From: Camelus dromedarius
Lineage: Eukaryota
Length of the DNA stretch: 64,000 bases
Direction of reading: 5' to 3'
NCBI RefSeq assembly: GCF_036321535.1
Contig: NC_087437.1
Location: 104,038,001 to 104,102,000 of the forward strand
Position numbers and translations under genes: made by a program. Positions 38,010-50,529 of this stretch are shown here, one piece after another; the first letter of the stretch is position 1; every line of letters begins with the position of its first letter. The notes under the pieces are model-generated. The model made no database searches and was not told the DNA's origin. It worked only from the letters and a program-made list of their open reading frames with translations.

Positions 38010-40697
38010 TTTACACCTAAAAAGTGAACAAAACCCAGGATTAGTAGAAGGAAAGCAATCATAAAAGCCATAGCAGAAATTAATAGACTGAAAAAAAAAA
38101 AGAGGTCAGTGAACTTAAGAACTAGTTTTTTGAAAAGATGAAATTTATAAACCTTTAGTCAGACTCAACAAGGAAAAAAGAAAAAAAACAGGTTCCAAAT
38201 CAAAATTAGAAATTAAAAAGGAAGAGTTAACAACCAATACCACAGAAATATAAAGGATCACAGGAGATTACTATAAAAAATTATATACCAATAAAATGGA
38301 CAACCTGGAAAAATTGATAAATTCCTGGAAATGGATACATTGTCATGACTGAATCAGGAAGAAATAAAACATATGAACAGACCTATTATCAGTAATGAAA
38401 TTGAATCAGCAATTTTTAAAACTCTGAAAAAAAAACAAAAATCCAGGATTAGATGGCCTTAGATGTTAAGGTTAGGGTTGTTGGCCATATATGGTAAGTT
38501 GACAGCTAACATCTTATTCAGTGTGTAAAGCTGAAACATTTTCCTCTAAGATCAGGAACAAGACAAGGACGCCCAGTTTCACTTTTATTCAACATAATAT
38601 TGGAATTATTGGCCATAGCACAGCCATAGCAATTAGACTAGAAAAATAAATAAAAGAAATCCTAATTGGAAAGTAAAACTGTCATTGGTTTTTTTGTAGA
38701 TAACATGATACTATACACAGAAAATCCTAAAGATGCCACCATAAAACTGTAAGAGCTCAATGAGTTAGGTTAAGCTGTAGGATTCAAAATTAATACATAG
38801 AAATCTATTGCATTTATATACACTAACAAAATATCAGAAAAGGAAATTAAGAAAACAATCTCATTCACCATCACATCAAAAAGAGTAAAATGCCTAGGAA
38901 TCAACCTACCTAAGGAGGTAAGAAACCTGTACTCAGAAAACTTTAAGACACTGATGAAAGAAATTGAAGATGACACAAATAGAAAGATATACCATGTTTA
39001 TGGATTAGGAAAATCAGTATTGTTAAAATAACCATAAAAACCAAAGCAATCTACAGATTCAATGCAATCCCTATCTAAATACCTATGGCCTTTTTCCACA
39101 AAACTAGAATAATTCTAAAATTTGTATGGAAACACAAAAGACCCCAAATAGTCACAACAATCATGAGAAAAAGCACATCTGGATGTATCAGGCTCCCTGG
39201 CTCATACTGTACTACAGGGCAACAGTAATCAAAAAAGCATGATACTGGCACAAAAACAGACACACAGATAATGGAACAAAATAGAGAACCCAGAAATAAA
39301 TCCACACTTGTGGCCATGTAATCTTCAATAAAGGAGGTAAGAATATACAATAGGGAAAAAAAGAATAAATGATCAGGAAATATAATCTCTTCAATAAGTT
39401 GTGTTGGAAAAACTGGACAATTACATGTAAACAAAATTAAAACATTTTTGCACAACACATGAAAAAAAACTCAAAATGGATAAACATCTAGATATAAGAC
39501 CAGAAACTATAAAACTCCAGGAAGAAAACATAGGAAGAACACCCTTAGACATACATCGTATTTTGAGAACCATCCCCTAAAGCTAAGGAAAGAGCCAAAA
39601 TAGACAAATGGGACCTAATTAAACTGAAAAGCTTTTGCACAGCAAAGGGAACCATTGACAAAAAGACAACCTACTGAGTGGGACAAAATACTTGGAAATG
39701 ATATGACTGATACGGAGTTAACATCCAAAATATGAACATCTTATATAACTCAGTATCAAAACACAAACACAACTGAAGAATGAGCAAAAAATCTGAATGG
39801 ACTTTTTTCCAACGAAGACAAAGGTGGCCAACAGGTACATGAAAGGATGCTAAACAATGTGAATCCTAGAAATGCTAATCAAAACCACAATGAGATATTA
39901 CCTCACACCTGTCAAAATGGCTATCATCAAAAATACCACAAATAACAAATGTTGGCAAGGATACGGAGAAAAGGGAACCCTAGTACACTGTTGGTGGGGA
40001 TGTAAATTGGTATAGCCACTATGGAAAACAGTACAGAGTTCCCTCAAAAATCTAAAAATACAGCTATCATCTGACCCAGCAACTCTACACCTGGTTAGAC
40101 ATCCAAAGAAAATAAAAACTCTAATTCACAAACAAACATGCACCCCAATGTTCACAGGAGAAGGATTTACAATAGCCAAGATATGGAAGCACTCGTAAGT
40201 ATCCATCAACAGATGAATTGATGAGAATGTGATATATATATATACACACACACACCCAATGGAATACAACACATCTGTTAGAGTAAAATTGTGCCATTGG
40301 CAACAAGATGGATAGACCCGGAGGGTATTACGATTAGTGAAGTAAGTCAGACTAGAGAAAGACAAATACTGTATCTTATCAGTTATATGTGGAATCTAAA
40401 AAATAAAACAAATGAATAAATGAAACAACAGAAACAGACTCACAGACATAGAGAACAAACTAGTGATTTCAACTGGGGAGAGGGAGTATGGAAAAGATAA
40501 GAGGGATAGGAAATAAAGAATTTGAAACTATTATGTATAAAATAAACACACTACAATCATTTATTGTACAGCATAGATAATACAGCCAATATTTTATGCT
40601 AACTTTAAATGGAGTATAACCTATAAAAAATTTTAATCACTACGTTGTACACTTGAAACTAACATTGTAAATCAAAAATACTTTAATAAAAAATAAA
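38010..40697 (+). mobile_element. 5'-truncated L1 (decayed ORF2 RT/C-terminal region plus 3' UTR) with an internal deletion
   Basis: ctaagatcaggaacaagacaaggacgccc (RT motif region), atctacagattcaatgcaatccctatc, cacctgtcaaaatggctatcatcaaaaa, and a 3' UTR ending aataaaaaataaa. Confidence 0.95.
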
Positions 40698-42359
40698 GAT
40701 GCAGGAGGCCATTTAAAAATAATAGTAACTGGGTACTGGGGGAAAGTATTGCATTTTTCTAGTAACATCCTAACTTAGCCACACGATTTTAATTGATTTG
40801 ACTCAGGAGAGAGAAATCCCCTGAGAAGTGGGGCAAAAACATGAAAGTCTGATGGGATTGAGGTGATTTTAGTACAGCAGATCCAAGTAACAATATGATG
40901 CTGGAGAATTGTCTATTTGTATACGCAAAGGCTGTCTTCTGCTGGCATTGTAGTGATAGCTATCAACTTACCATTTATATTTACATGTAAATTATTTCTG
41001 GAATTGTTTAGTTATTTTGATTATCAGTTAAACAAACAAGTTGAGACAAATAGGCACTCAAGTCAGAAAATATGATTCCAAATTAAGGCCACTATAAACG
41101 ATTAATGACCATACATGCATACATGTATCATTATTTCCTTTAATTTTTTCACGTAAAGAGAATCACATTGACTTTCAAAACTCATAGAAGCAATTTAATT
41201 ACAATGTAGATAACCACAATTAAAAGTTGAGATTTATAAAATTTAAAGTAGGAAAAGCTGAGAACTAATAAACTGACTCAATTTGGAGAAACTAGGGTTC
41301 AAGATGAGCTCAAAATTTATCAAGATTTCCAGTGTCAAAGAGATATAGCTAATGTTTCCTAAATACACAATTTGTTTTCACTAAAATATTTTGGAGACGT
41401 AACAAGCTGAAAACCACAATAAAGTGAAACACTATAGGTCAAATTTTTACCCAACACTTGAAGAAATCCCACTGATAGGAAATATCTTGCATTAAGTAAC
41501 AGATGCATTGAGAAACTGACACATTTACCATTTAAGAGATAAATATACAAAATTCTGCAGGACTGGAAGAAAAGAGTGATGATGCTTTATCTGAATGTCT
41601 ATTACCATAATTTTGTTACATTGATCTATTTTTTCTTTTATGAGTGCTTAATTTTTCCAACTCCACCATCTTTTTATAATACAATTCACATATAAGAATT
41701 ATATGAGGCAAACCTAGTAATCAGTGGGTAGAAGCTGGGGTTTGCATTGTATGGAGGGTTTATGATTCAAGTAATTAATTCTTTTATGAGTATAAAGAAT
41801 GGAAGAGTCATATGTAGTAGGGCCAACACTACTAATTTTATAGTATACTTGCAAAAACACGATTCAGAGAGGATAGCAGAAAAGTTAGAAATTATCCCAC
41901 CTCAATCTATCAGATAATCCCAGCAATTCAGGCTAGATCCTACATATTAAAACAAAAAAAATGTACTTAGTCTGATTTTCATCCATTGCTCTGAATATAA
42001 CCCAATGATAAAGATCAAAGCCATCTGCTATCAATGTGTTTGTAATGATTTGATGTGGATTACTACAGTTCATTCTAAAATGTAAATACTCTATGAGAAA
42101 CATTCTTTTAATAAGATCTTGAGACAAAGAGATATTAAATAGTATGACTAGGGTCAAATAGTGTTTGTTGGAGCCTGGAAACAAGTCACAAAAAAATAAT
42201 ACATAAATAAATATACACTCAAAGACCACCAGAAACAGATCTTTGATACAGCAAAGTTTATTATTTAAAGAGTAGAATACCTACAAGAAAAAAAATAGTG
42301 ACTAAAACTTTTCCAAAATTAAAAAAAAATAAACCATTTAAGTATCCCCAAAATTCCTC

Positions 42360-44595
42360 AAAAAACGTTCCTCAGTACTCTATCCTGTTTCATAGATACC
42401 AAGACACCCAAGAATTAAAGATAAAGAGGAAGTCTTGAAAGCAGTATCTTTTATAAGAAAATACTAAATGGCTATGTGCCAAGCAACAGCTTCAAAATAA
42501 CTGAGCAGTAATTATGCAAAAATCAGAAGAGATTTTTGGGTATGTCAAGTCTCCTCTCAGTAATTTAAAGAGCAAGCAGGGATAAAAATCAGCAAGGTTA
42601 GAAAAGACTTGGACAAAACTATCAATAAATTGGTTTTACTATAATTCACAAAATATACTTTTCTTCAACAAAATATTATTTTCTTAATGAATGATCACAA
42701 GGATCCACAGCACTTCAGACCACAGTATTACTGCTCTTGAAATTAAATTCAAGGTTTAGTTTTGTGGCAAAATAAAATACTAAAAAATGCAGAGAAATTA
42801 TTACTTTTAGGAAAAAATTCATTCTTAAAATGTTAAAAATAGAAAAAATAAAGGGAGGGAAGGAAAATAAAAAGAACAGCTCAAAATTAAGAAGTTAAGA
42901 ATCCAACCTAAGTAACTGGAAAAATGTAGCAGAATAAATGCAAACAGAATAGAAAGAAACTTAGAAGCAAAAATTATTGAAATTTAAATGCTAAAGTATA
43001 CTAGACAGGAGTTAACAGTGAACAATGGAAATTTCAAGAAGAGAATATTACATTTCTAAAAATTATCAAAAATTTGAATATATATATAATAGGAAACAAT
43101 TTAAATATGTATCCACTGGCATTATAATGGTTAAATAACACAAGTATTTTATCTAAAATTCTAACAGTAGTTTTGAAAATTTAGAAGTTGTGGAAAGTTC
43201 TAACTCTAGCAAAACTGACCTCAAAACATTGGGAAAACAGAAAAAACTTAAGTAGACTTACTAAGAAATCTGAGTCAATAAAATCTTAAGAGAAACTTTC
43301 ACAAGGAAAACTCTCACCCAGGCCAATTTGAGGATAATATACTATCACACATTCATGAAATAACAATGTCCATTTTATTTTAGCATTTTCTAGGGAATTG
43401 AAAGATATCCCCCGCCTAATGTATGAGCCTTAATATTCCACAGAAATTTATGAATATAATTTTCTTAGAAAAACTAGATAAGACAATTAAGGTCTAACTC
43501 AACACCCTGAGGTACTTTAAATGGCTCTAAATATTATAAAATTTAGCATCTTACAAATATATTAGCGTCTCAAGAACAAACTGATTTATCTTCTGAATAC
43601 AGGGGTGTTTTTTAATATTAGAAAATCCATTTATATCATTTATCACATTAAGAAATTAAATGATAAAGCATAATTATCTAAATAGATACTGTCAACGTGT
43701 TTGATATTATGTAACATATACTAATGAAAAAGCCCTTCGTATGCTGTGGATGAAGGGAAATGTCTGACGAAATGTTCACAAAAAACTATTATATATGTTA
43801 CTTCATTGTGAAATACTGAAATGAGGCTGCCTTTGGAATGACTTCCTATGTAAGCAAGGGAAAATACAATGTTCTTAGTTTTTCTACTTTGTACTAAAGA
43901 ACTGTATATACTTAGGGATTAAAAATAATTATTTTCTACATATAGAATTATACTTCCTTCCTCCATACCACTAATAATGGAACATAAAAGTTTAGAGTAA
44001 TTTAGCAGTAGGCTGACTAAAACATATGCATTCACATACACACACACATAATTGATATGTAAGGGCAATTTTCTTTACATTGACAACAGGATATTGGAAG
44101 ATGTACTTTATTAGAATTGAAGCTAGCAATTAAAAATATGTCAGAGATGTAAGAAGTCTACAGTATATATGGGATCCTTCATTGGAGGAAATGAAAATTT
44201 ACTATGTCCTTAGATAAAACAAATGAGTATTGTAAAGATGCCAAATACTTTCAACATTGATCCATACATGCCTATCAAAATCCCTGTAAGATTCTGAGTT
44301 AACTTAAGAAGCTAATTCTTCTTAAGAGAATCAACACTATAATTGTTCATGAAGAAATTATCTATAGGCCTTCCCCTATCAGCTAATGAAAGTGGTATTA
44401 CTGAAAGTTTGGAGAAAATAGAAACACATTAACTGATCCTAAGAAAATAAAAAAAACTCTGAAATAGATCCATGTGTATGGAAATGTGTATATCCAAGCT
44501 GATACTGTAGATCAGAGGAACACAGCACTTTGATAGCTATGCACTTCCATAACTACAGGGATCCCTACCTCACTCTGCACACAAAAATTAAATCT
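42360..44595 (+). mobile_element. Very old fragmented L1 (ORF1/ORF2 remnants)
   Basis: aaaaatcagcaaggttagaaaagacttggacaaaactatcaataaattg; atcatttatcacattaagaaattaaa; gatccctacctcactctgcacacaaaaattaaatc. Confidence 0.65.
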
Positions 44596-46311
44596 AGGTT
44601 AACTATTACAGACTGGCATGTGGTCTAAATTAACTTAGTTTTTATTTAATACCATCATGTTTCACAATCAAATTACCATGTTATTTAATTGATTGGGTCA
44701 CTGTACCTGGGTTTACATCTCTTGTTGATTTCTACCCAGGTAGAGAATGATTTTTCTTTGTTTATGTGAGTGCCTGAATTCTCTTACTTGACCTTCCAAA
44801 CTCTGAACTTCAGAGTTCTCTACTTTTTAACGTAACACATCCTATTTCCTAAAATTTAATGAACTCTTCTGTGTAAATTAGAGAGTAAATATCAAGGGTG
44901 AATTTCAATCAGTGTAACTCTGTTTTGGAGCCAGAACTACATTAATACTTCACTCTCTTGGGTACACAAGTGAAGGAAAATGTTTACTCCTACCAGCTGA
45001 GATCTTCCCCGGGGTCACACTGATGCCTCTAGAACAGAGACTTCAGAAGCAGCAGGAATTACACCTGGCTGCAGTAGAAAACAGGCAGCCAGCCATGGCA
45101 GCCTCATACCCCAGGGTGGCAATGTCTCAACGCCCACTGAAGAAATAACAGCCACTGAGCACATGGCTAGATCAACACTGCCTCCTGCCACGTTATTATT
45201 TTATCAAACATCCATGATGAGTTCCTTATATTTTTCCCATGGTAAAAAGACAATGTAATGAATATGAGAACTTTTTGATTTCTCTGAGAAAGTAAGAATT
45301 TCATTTTGCTTAAATATATTCTTTATTTGATCCAAAACTTTAGGCATTTAAAATAAAGTACAAATAAATCAGGCTGATAAAAACTTCACATATATTCCTT
45401 GATTTTAAATTATTTTGTGAATAAAGATTAGTTATATGGTAATAAAAATAAACATTGAAGACTTGTGTGTTGCAAAGTATCTTTTCCCTTTTAGAAGGTA
45501 AACTAAGTAATAGTGCATTTGTTTATAATAATTAGAAAAATACTAATTTACCAGTAAGTGAACCATTGTATGCACTGTATGTTAAGGCAAGAAAATAACA
45601 GGGTCACAATTTATACACTTCATTCCTGGATTTATGAATAGCTAAAGATGTATCTTTGGTGTAACTGAATTTTTTGTTCACTTAGGCTAATACACAGATA
45701 TTAAAGCTTAACTACAATTCTTTTATATATATTGAATCTATTGCCAATGGTGCATGGCAATGTTAGGTTACTGAAAAACATAAAAAGTTACAACTAGTTT
45801 AAAACTCAAGTTTTGAAATGCAGTTTTTCTAACCCCATTTTGATAAAGTAAGATTCTACTTGGATAATATTCCAATTATTTATTATTCTAATATCACAAG
45901 TAATTAAATCAATACTGGTAATTTTTTTCTATTTCCATCCACAATGCAAATTAAATATACTATTTTTTTCAGCTAACAATAGTTACAAGTTGGAATCCTC
46001 CAATAGTAAAGATCACCTCCATTGACCACTATTCCAGTATTAAAAGCCTGTGCTTTTTTCCTAATCTTAGGTGCATATACGGAGTTCAAGGGTAGATGAA
46101 TTATATATTGACTTTGATGGAAAAACAATCTCCATTGTTTTTTCAATCGAGTTTTCTCTAAAAGTTAAAATACATACAACTGCATCAGAAGAATAGGATA
46201 TCAGAATGAAACTGCAAAGAATTGTTTTCCTCTGATACCTAAAATTATGAGTGAACTAAAAATGAAGAAATGATAAAATATCACCAACAAATGAAGGGAC
46301 ATAATCTTCAA

Positions 46312-46561
46312 CAGTCCACCTTTCAACAGCATGGATGTGAGCTGCATGAGTCCATTTAAAGGTGGTTTTTTACCCCAGTGGTATTTACTACAGTACTGCA
46401 TGATTCACAACTGGCCAAATCAATGGATACAGAACAGTGGCTGTGGGGAATGGTGTACATGAAGGGCCTACTGTAAGTCATACCTGAATTTTCAACTGCA
46501 TGAATTTCAACTGCACGGAAGGTTGGCACTCCTAACCCCTGAGATGTTCTAGGGTCAAATC
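46312..46561 (-). mobile_element. MER8 (TcMar-Tigger MITE) with a small internal tandem duplication
   Basis: TIRs cagtccacctttcaacagca / tgttctagggtcaaatc, internal tactacagtactgcatgattc and actcctaacccc; tgaatt(t)tcaactgca is duplicated at 46485-46515. Confidence 0.85.
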
Positions 46562-48087
46562 TATAACGTTCTTCAAAAGTTCAAACAAATGAACAGTTAG
46601 TGGTTGATCCAAATAGAAGCACATAATTGAAAAGGCTTTTCACCCAACCATTGCTTAACCCCCAGAAACTTGACAGGCAGAGTGACAAGATCCTGAGAAT
46701 TCTTGGTAATGTCCCCAGATTTTGTGACAATAAAACAGGCTGGTTTTCTTTCATTGATAAATACTGAGAATAGCTTTGAGACAAAACCCAGTGAATTAAA
46801 ATAACTAGAAAAGGAAGCAAATCAATATCTGATAGAATGTTAACAAAAACCATCACATGTGAGCAAAATAAAAGAAAAATAACATTCATTGTTTTAAAAA
46901 AAGTCAAACGTAGAAGTAAATGCAAAGAAGGAAATTTTTTCAAGGGGGTCTTAGTTCTTGAAAAACAAAACAAAAGCATGAATATGTAAGAGAAAACCAT
47001 AATGGTAAATACACAAAATAATGAGATGAAAGTAAAACTATAGACCAGTGTTTTAAAACAATGTATTTAGAAAAGTAATTAATGAATTTGAAACCACAAT
47101 GAAGACAAAACCACCACCGAATGTCACAATGCAGATCTACCAGAAAGGATGATGATAATCACAGGAAAAGCAAAAAGAATTTCAAGGACTTTGAAGCAAC
47201 TCACTTAAGCAAACATGGAAATCAAATTAACCCAAGATAAAACAGCAAACTATTAGAAACACATGCTTTCAATAATCTCATAAGAGAATTTTCTTAAAAT
47301 TAAGAAAAATTATTCAAATCAAAGGACACTCCGCTTCAAGACCAAAAAAAAAAAAAAAAAGAACACTGTGTTCAAGCATTGAATAATCTTCAGCCTTGCT
47401 TTCTTCAGATATTTTTAATTATCATTTAAATTTTTTAAAATAAGCTATTTAAATACAATTTAAAATAGCACCCACAGAAGCAGTCAATTTATGAGTAATT
47501 AAATGTTTACATCCTTTAATAACAGTTTCATAAAGCAAGAAACAAAACGTGATAGAACTGCCCTGAGAAATAGATAAATCCACAGAAAATAGTTGATTTT
47601 ATTACTTACCTTCAACAATTGATAGCACATGTAGATTAAAAACCAGCAAGGTTATAGAAAATGAGACCACAAATATCAAACCAGCTGGACCTAATTAACA
47701 CTGTTACAGAACATGCAACTAACAACAGTTGACTACAGATTTGTTTCAAATATATACAGAACATTTACCAAGACAGACCATATTCTGAGTCATAACACAA
47801 GTCTCATAAATATAACATTACTCAAGTCAAAGCATGTTCTCTGTCCACATGGAATTAAACTAAAAATCAGAACAAGGAAGAAATATCTGTGTTCAAGGAA
47901 TAATTTAAATGGAAAATGAGAGGATTTTGTATGAATAAAAAATGTAAACACAATATATTGATATTTGGGGAGGGCTCCTAAGGCAGTAATTGGGAGGAAT
48001 TCATAACAATAAATGGCCATATCAGAAAGAAGAAAGAAGAAAGGTTGCAAATAAATTCTACCTTCAGCTTCTACCTAATAAACATAG

Positions 48088-48731
48088 GGGAAGGAGAAAC
48101 CAAGAAGTCCAGCTCTTTGTCAAAAACCAAAATATGATTTTTTTTTCAGGCCCACTACAGAAAATTGCAAAAGTCTTACCTGACAGTCCTGAGTCACGGG
48201 AAAAATCTACTCACCCCACAGCAGTCTTGGTGCCTCAGTCGGCCTGGCTGGTAGGCGGTGCTCTTACAGAGAGCTGAATTCGCAGCTCAGGTGTCTCCAT
48301 TCAGAGGCCCCTTTACCTGGAGTTTTCTGCTGAGGCCTTCCTCAGGAAGCTCCGAGGGAGATCTCTTCACAGGGGAAGGAGAGGGAAATTTGGAAGATAT
48401 TTTACTCTGACTTCGTACTCACAACTTTTCCACTCCAAATACCTCCACTATCTCCTTCCCCAACCCCTACTTCCATAAAATTGCAGCAGCCTTTTGTTTG
48501 GGGCCACTCAGCAGTGAGATGACCTCCACCTGTGTGCCCATCCACTCACCCCTCCTCTGGGGGCTGGGACGCCAATGGGGGAAGAAGGACCTGGTGTGGA
48601 GCAGAGCTCTCTGCCGGCTTTCTGCCCTTTGGCCTCTCATAGGACGGGAGTAAGTGAATTCATGCTGACGGCAACTTGCTACTCTGGCACCTTGCAGCTC
48701 AGCACTCCCCAACTCAGCAAAGCTCCCAGCA
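48088..48731. mobile_element. GC-rich insert of about 640 bp within L1 ORF2, probably a solo LTR of undetermined family
   Basis: L1 sequence stops at cagcttctacctaataaacatag and resumes at aaaacaggacattaaactccaag. The insert is GC-rich and ends in CA. No clear TSD. Confidence 0.55.
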
Positions 48732-49002
48732 AAAACAGGACATTAAACTCCAAGTAAGTGAAAGAAAGTAATAAAGATCAAAGTGGAAATCAAATAACAG
48801 AAACCAGAAAAACAATAGCAACATAAGTGAAACCAAAAGCCGATTCTTTGAAAAGATCACTCAAGTTGATAAACTAGCTAGGCTGATGGGAGGAAAGAAA
48901 AAAGAAAGATAAAGAGGAGAGACAGGGGAAACGGCCAACATCAGAAGTGAGAGGTGTTTTCATTAGAGAGTATACAGATGATAAAAAGACAACAAAGGGA
49001 GT

Positions 49003-49007
<5 letters not shown>

Positions 49008-49043
<36 letters not shown>
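49008..49043 (+). repeat. Poly(A) homopolymer, 36 nt
   Basis: Uninterrupted A run within L1 ORF2 sequence. Confidence 0.95.
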
Positions 49044-49046
<3 letters not shown>

Positions 49047-49149
49047 TTGCCAGTGAATTTGACAGCTTGTACATCAGAAACAAATCCCTTGAAAAATACA
49101 AACTAGAGATGCTGCCTCAAGAAGAAATACGTAAGGTGACTAGGAATAT

Positions 49150-49522
49150 TGTCGGCAGTCTTAAGTGAGTAGGCGTGAGGCCCAGGCCAAAGTTCACAAT
49201 AGCTTGCACCTGGTAAGAGGTAAATGTAGGCATGCGCTAGTAGCGTGAGTCAGCATTATGAACACCACGCATGCGCCAGTAGCGTGAGTCGGCATTATGA
49301 ACACCACGCATGCGCAATAGCGTGAGTCAGCATTACGAACACTACGCATGCGCCACTAGCATTAGAAAAGGACAAAAACATACACCTGAGTGCTGCCCGC
49401 CGTCTGCGCCACTGGCTTGCATTGTAATAAAGTGCTGTTTTGCCCCATGTCGGTTTCTCACACCTTCTTCCAGTTGGGCAGCTCACCTCCTCAAATCCCT
49501 CTTCAGCCTCCCATGGCTGACA
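49150..49522 (+). mobile_element. Solo LTR, 373 bp, CpG-rich
   Basis: TG...CA termini with inverted repeat tgtcggc/gctgaca, 5-bp TSD aatat/agtat (1 mismatch), AATAAA at 49426-49431. Confidence 0.9.
49230..49360 (+). repeat. Tandem repeat, 39-bp unit, about 3.4 copies, in the LTR U3 region
   Basis: Unit gcatgcgccagtagcgtgagtcagcattatgaacaccac at 49230, 49269 and 49308 (38 bp), partial copy at 49346. Confidence 0.95.
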
Positions 49523-50107
49523 AGTATATTTATAAAATATATTAAATTTGTGGTTAAAATCCTTCTCACAAGGAAACCTATAGGCCCAGATTTTTGCACG
49601 AGGGCAGTAGTGAATTTTATGAAACATCTAAGGTAGAGTGGTACCAACCCTACACGCACTACTCTAGAAAATTTTAGAAAGGTGAAATATTTCCCAACTC
49701 ATTCCATGAGGTCACTACTATCCTGATACTAAAACTAGATAATAAGATTACAAAAAACAAAAATTAAAAAAGTTACAGAGTAATATCCCGGATGAAAATA
49801 GATGCAGAGATTCTGAACATTTTAGCAAATTGATTTCAACGTAAAAGTGATAATGCATCATGTTCAAGTGGAGTTTATCCAAGGAATGCAAGGCTGAGTA
49901 CAAAATCAATCTCCATAATTTATCAAATTAACAAGTGAGAAAAAAGTGATTATTTGAAAATTCAAACAAGGCATTTGGCAAAATCCAACATCAATTCAGT
50001 ATAAAATGTTTTAGCAATTAGGAATAGAATGGACTTCCTCAACATGGTAGAGCATCTATCATGGCTCAATGGCTGACAAATAGTTAACGGTGAAAGAATT
50101 AAGGGTT

Positions 50108-50529
50108 TGTGAAGGAGGACATGGAGAAAACTTGACCATGGTTAACCCAGGAACTGGACACAAGCAGTTTAGGCACCTCACCCCTCCCCTGTCCTTATAA
50201 AGTATCTTCTGCCCACTGTTCCCACAGTTACAGCCATTTCAAAGCCACAACCTGGAGAGAACAACGTTGTGCTGAGGCCATCGAGACAGTTACATGCTAC
50301 TAAACGCGGTTATGGTCTCTATATAAACATTTAAGATTCTGGGAGCAGGTGCAGAGATCTACTTGTCTTGCAGCTACCCAAAACAAGACTCATATGTGAG
50401 TCTTGCTTATTAAATCTGACACTTACCAATCTGGAGTGGTCTGTCTCTTTCTTTGGTCTCTCCTTGCTCTCTATGTACAGGCGCCAATTTCAAATTTCAC
50501 CAGGGAAGTCCAGAAATTTCTAAACAACA
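50108..50529 (+). mobile_element. Solo LTR (ERV1-like), about 420 bp
   Basis: TG...CA ends, TATA-like tatataaa near 50320 and ATTAAA near 50409. It interrupts L1 between ggtgaaagaattaagggtt and taagatcaggaggaagataaggatg. Confidence 0.8.

Noticed and set aside
49008..49043. Poly(A) as the tail of a retrocopy
   Set aside because: L1 ORF2 continues collinearly on both sides and no TSD is evident; slippage expansion (or homopolymer length error) is simpler.
49230..49360. CRISPR-like array
   Set aside because: The units are head-to-tail with no unique spacers, there are no cas genes, and the array lies inside a mammalian LTR.
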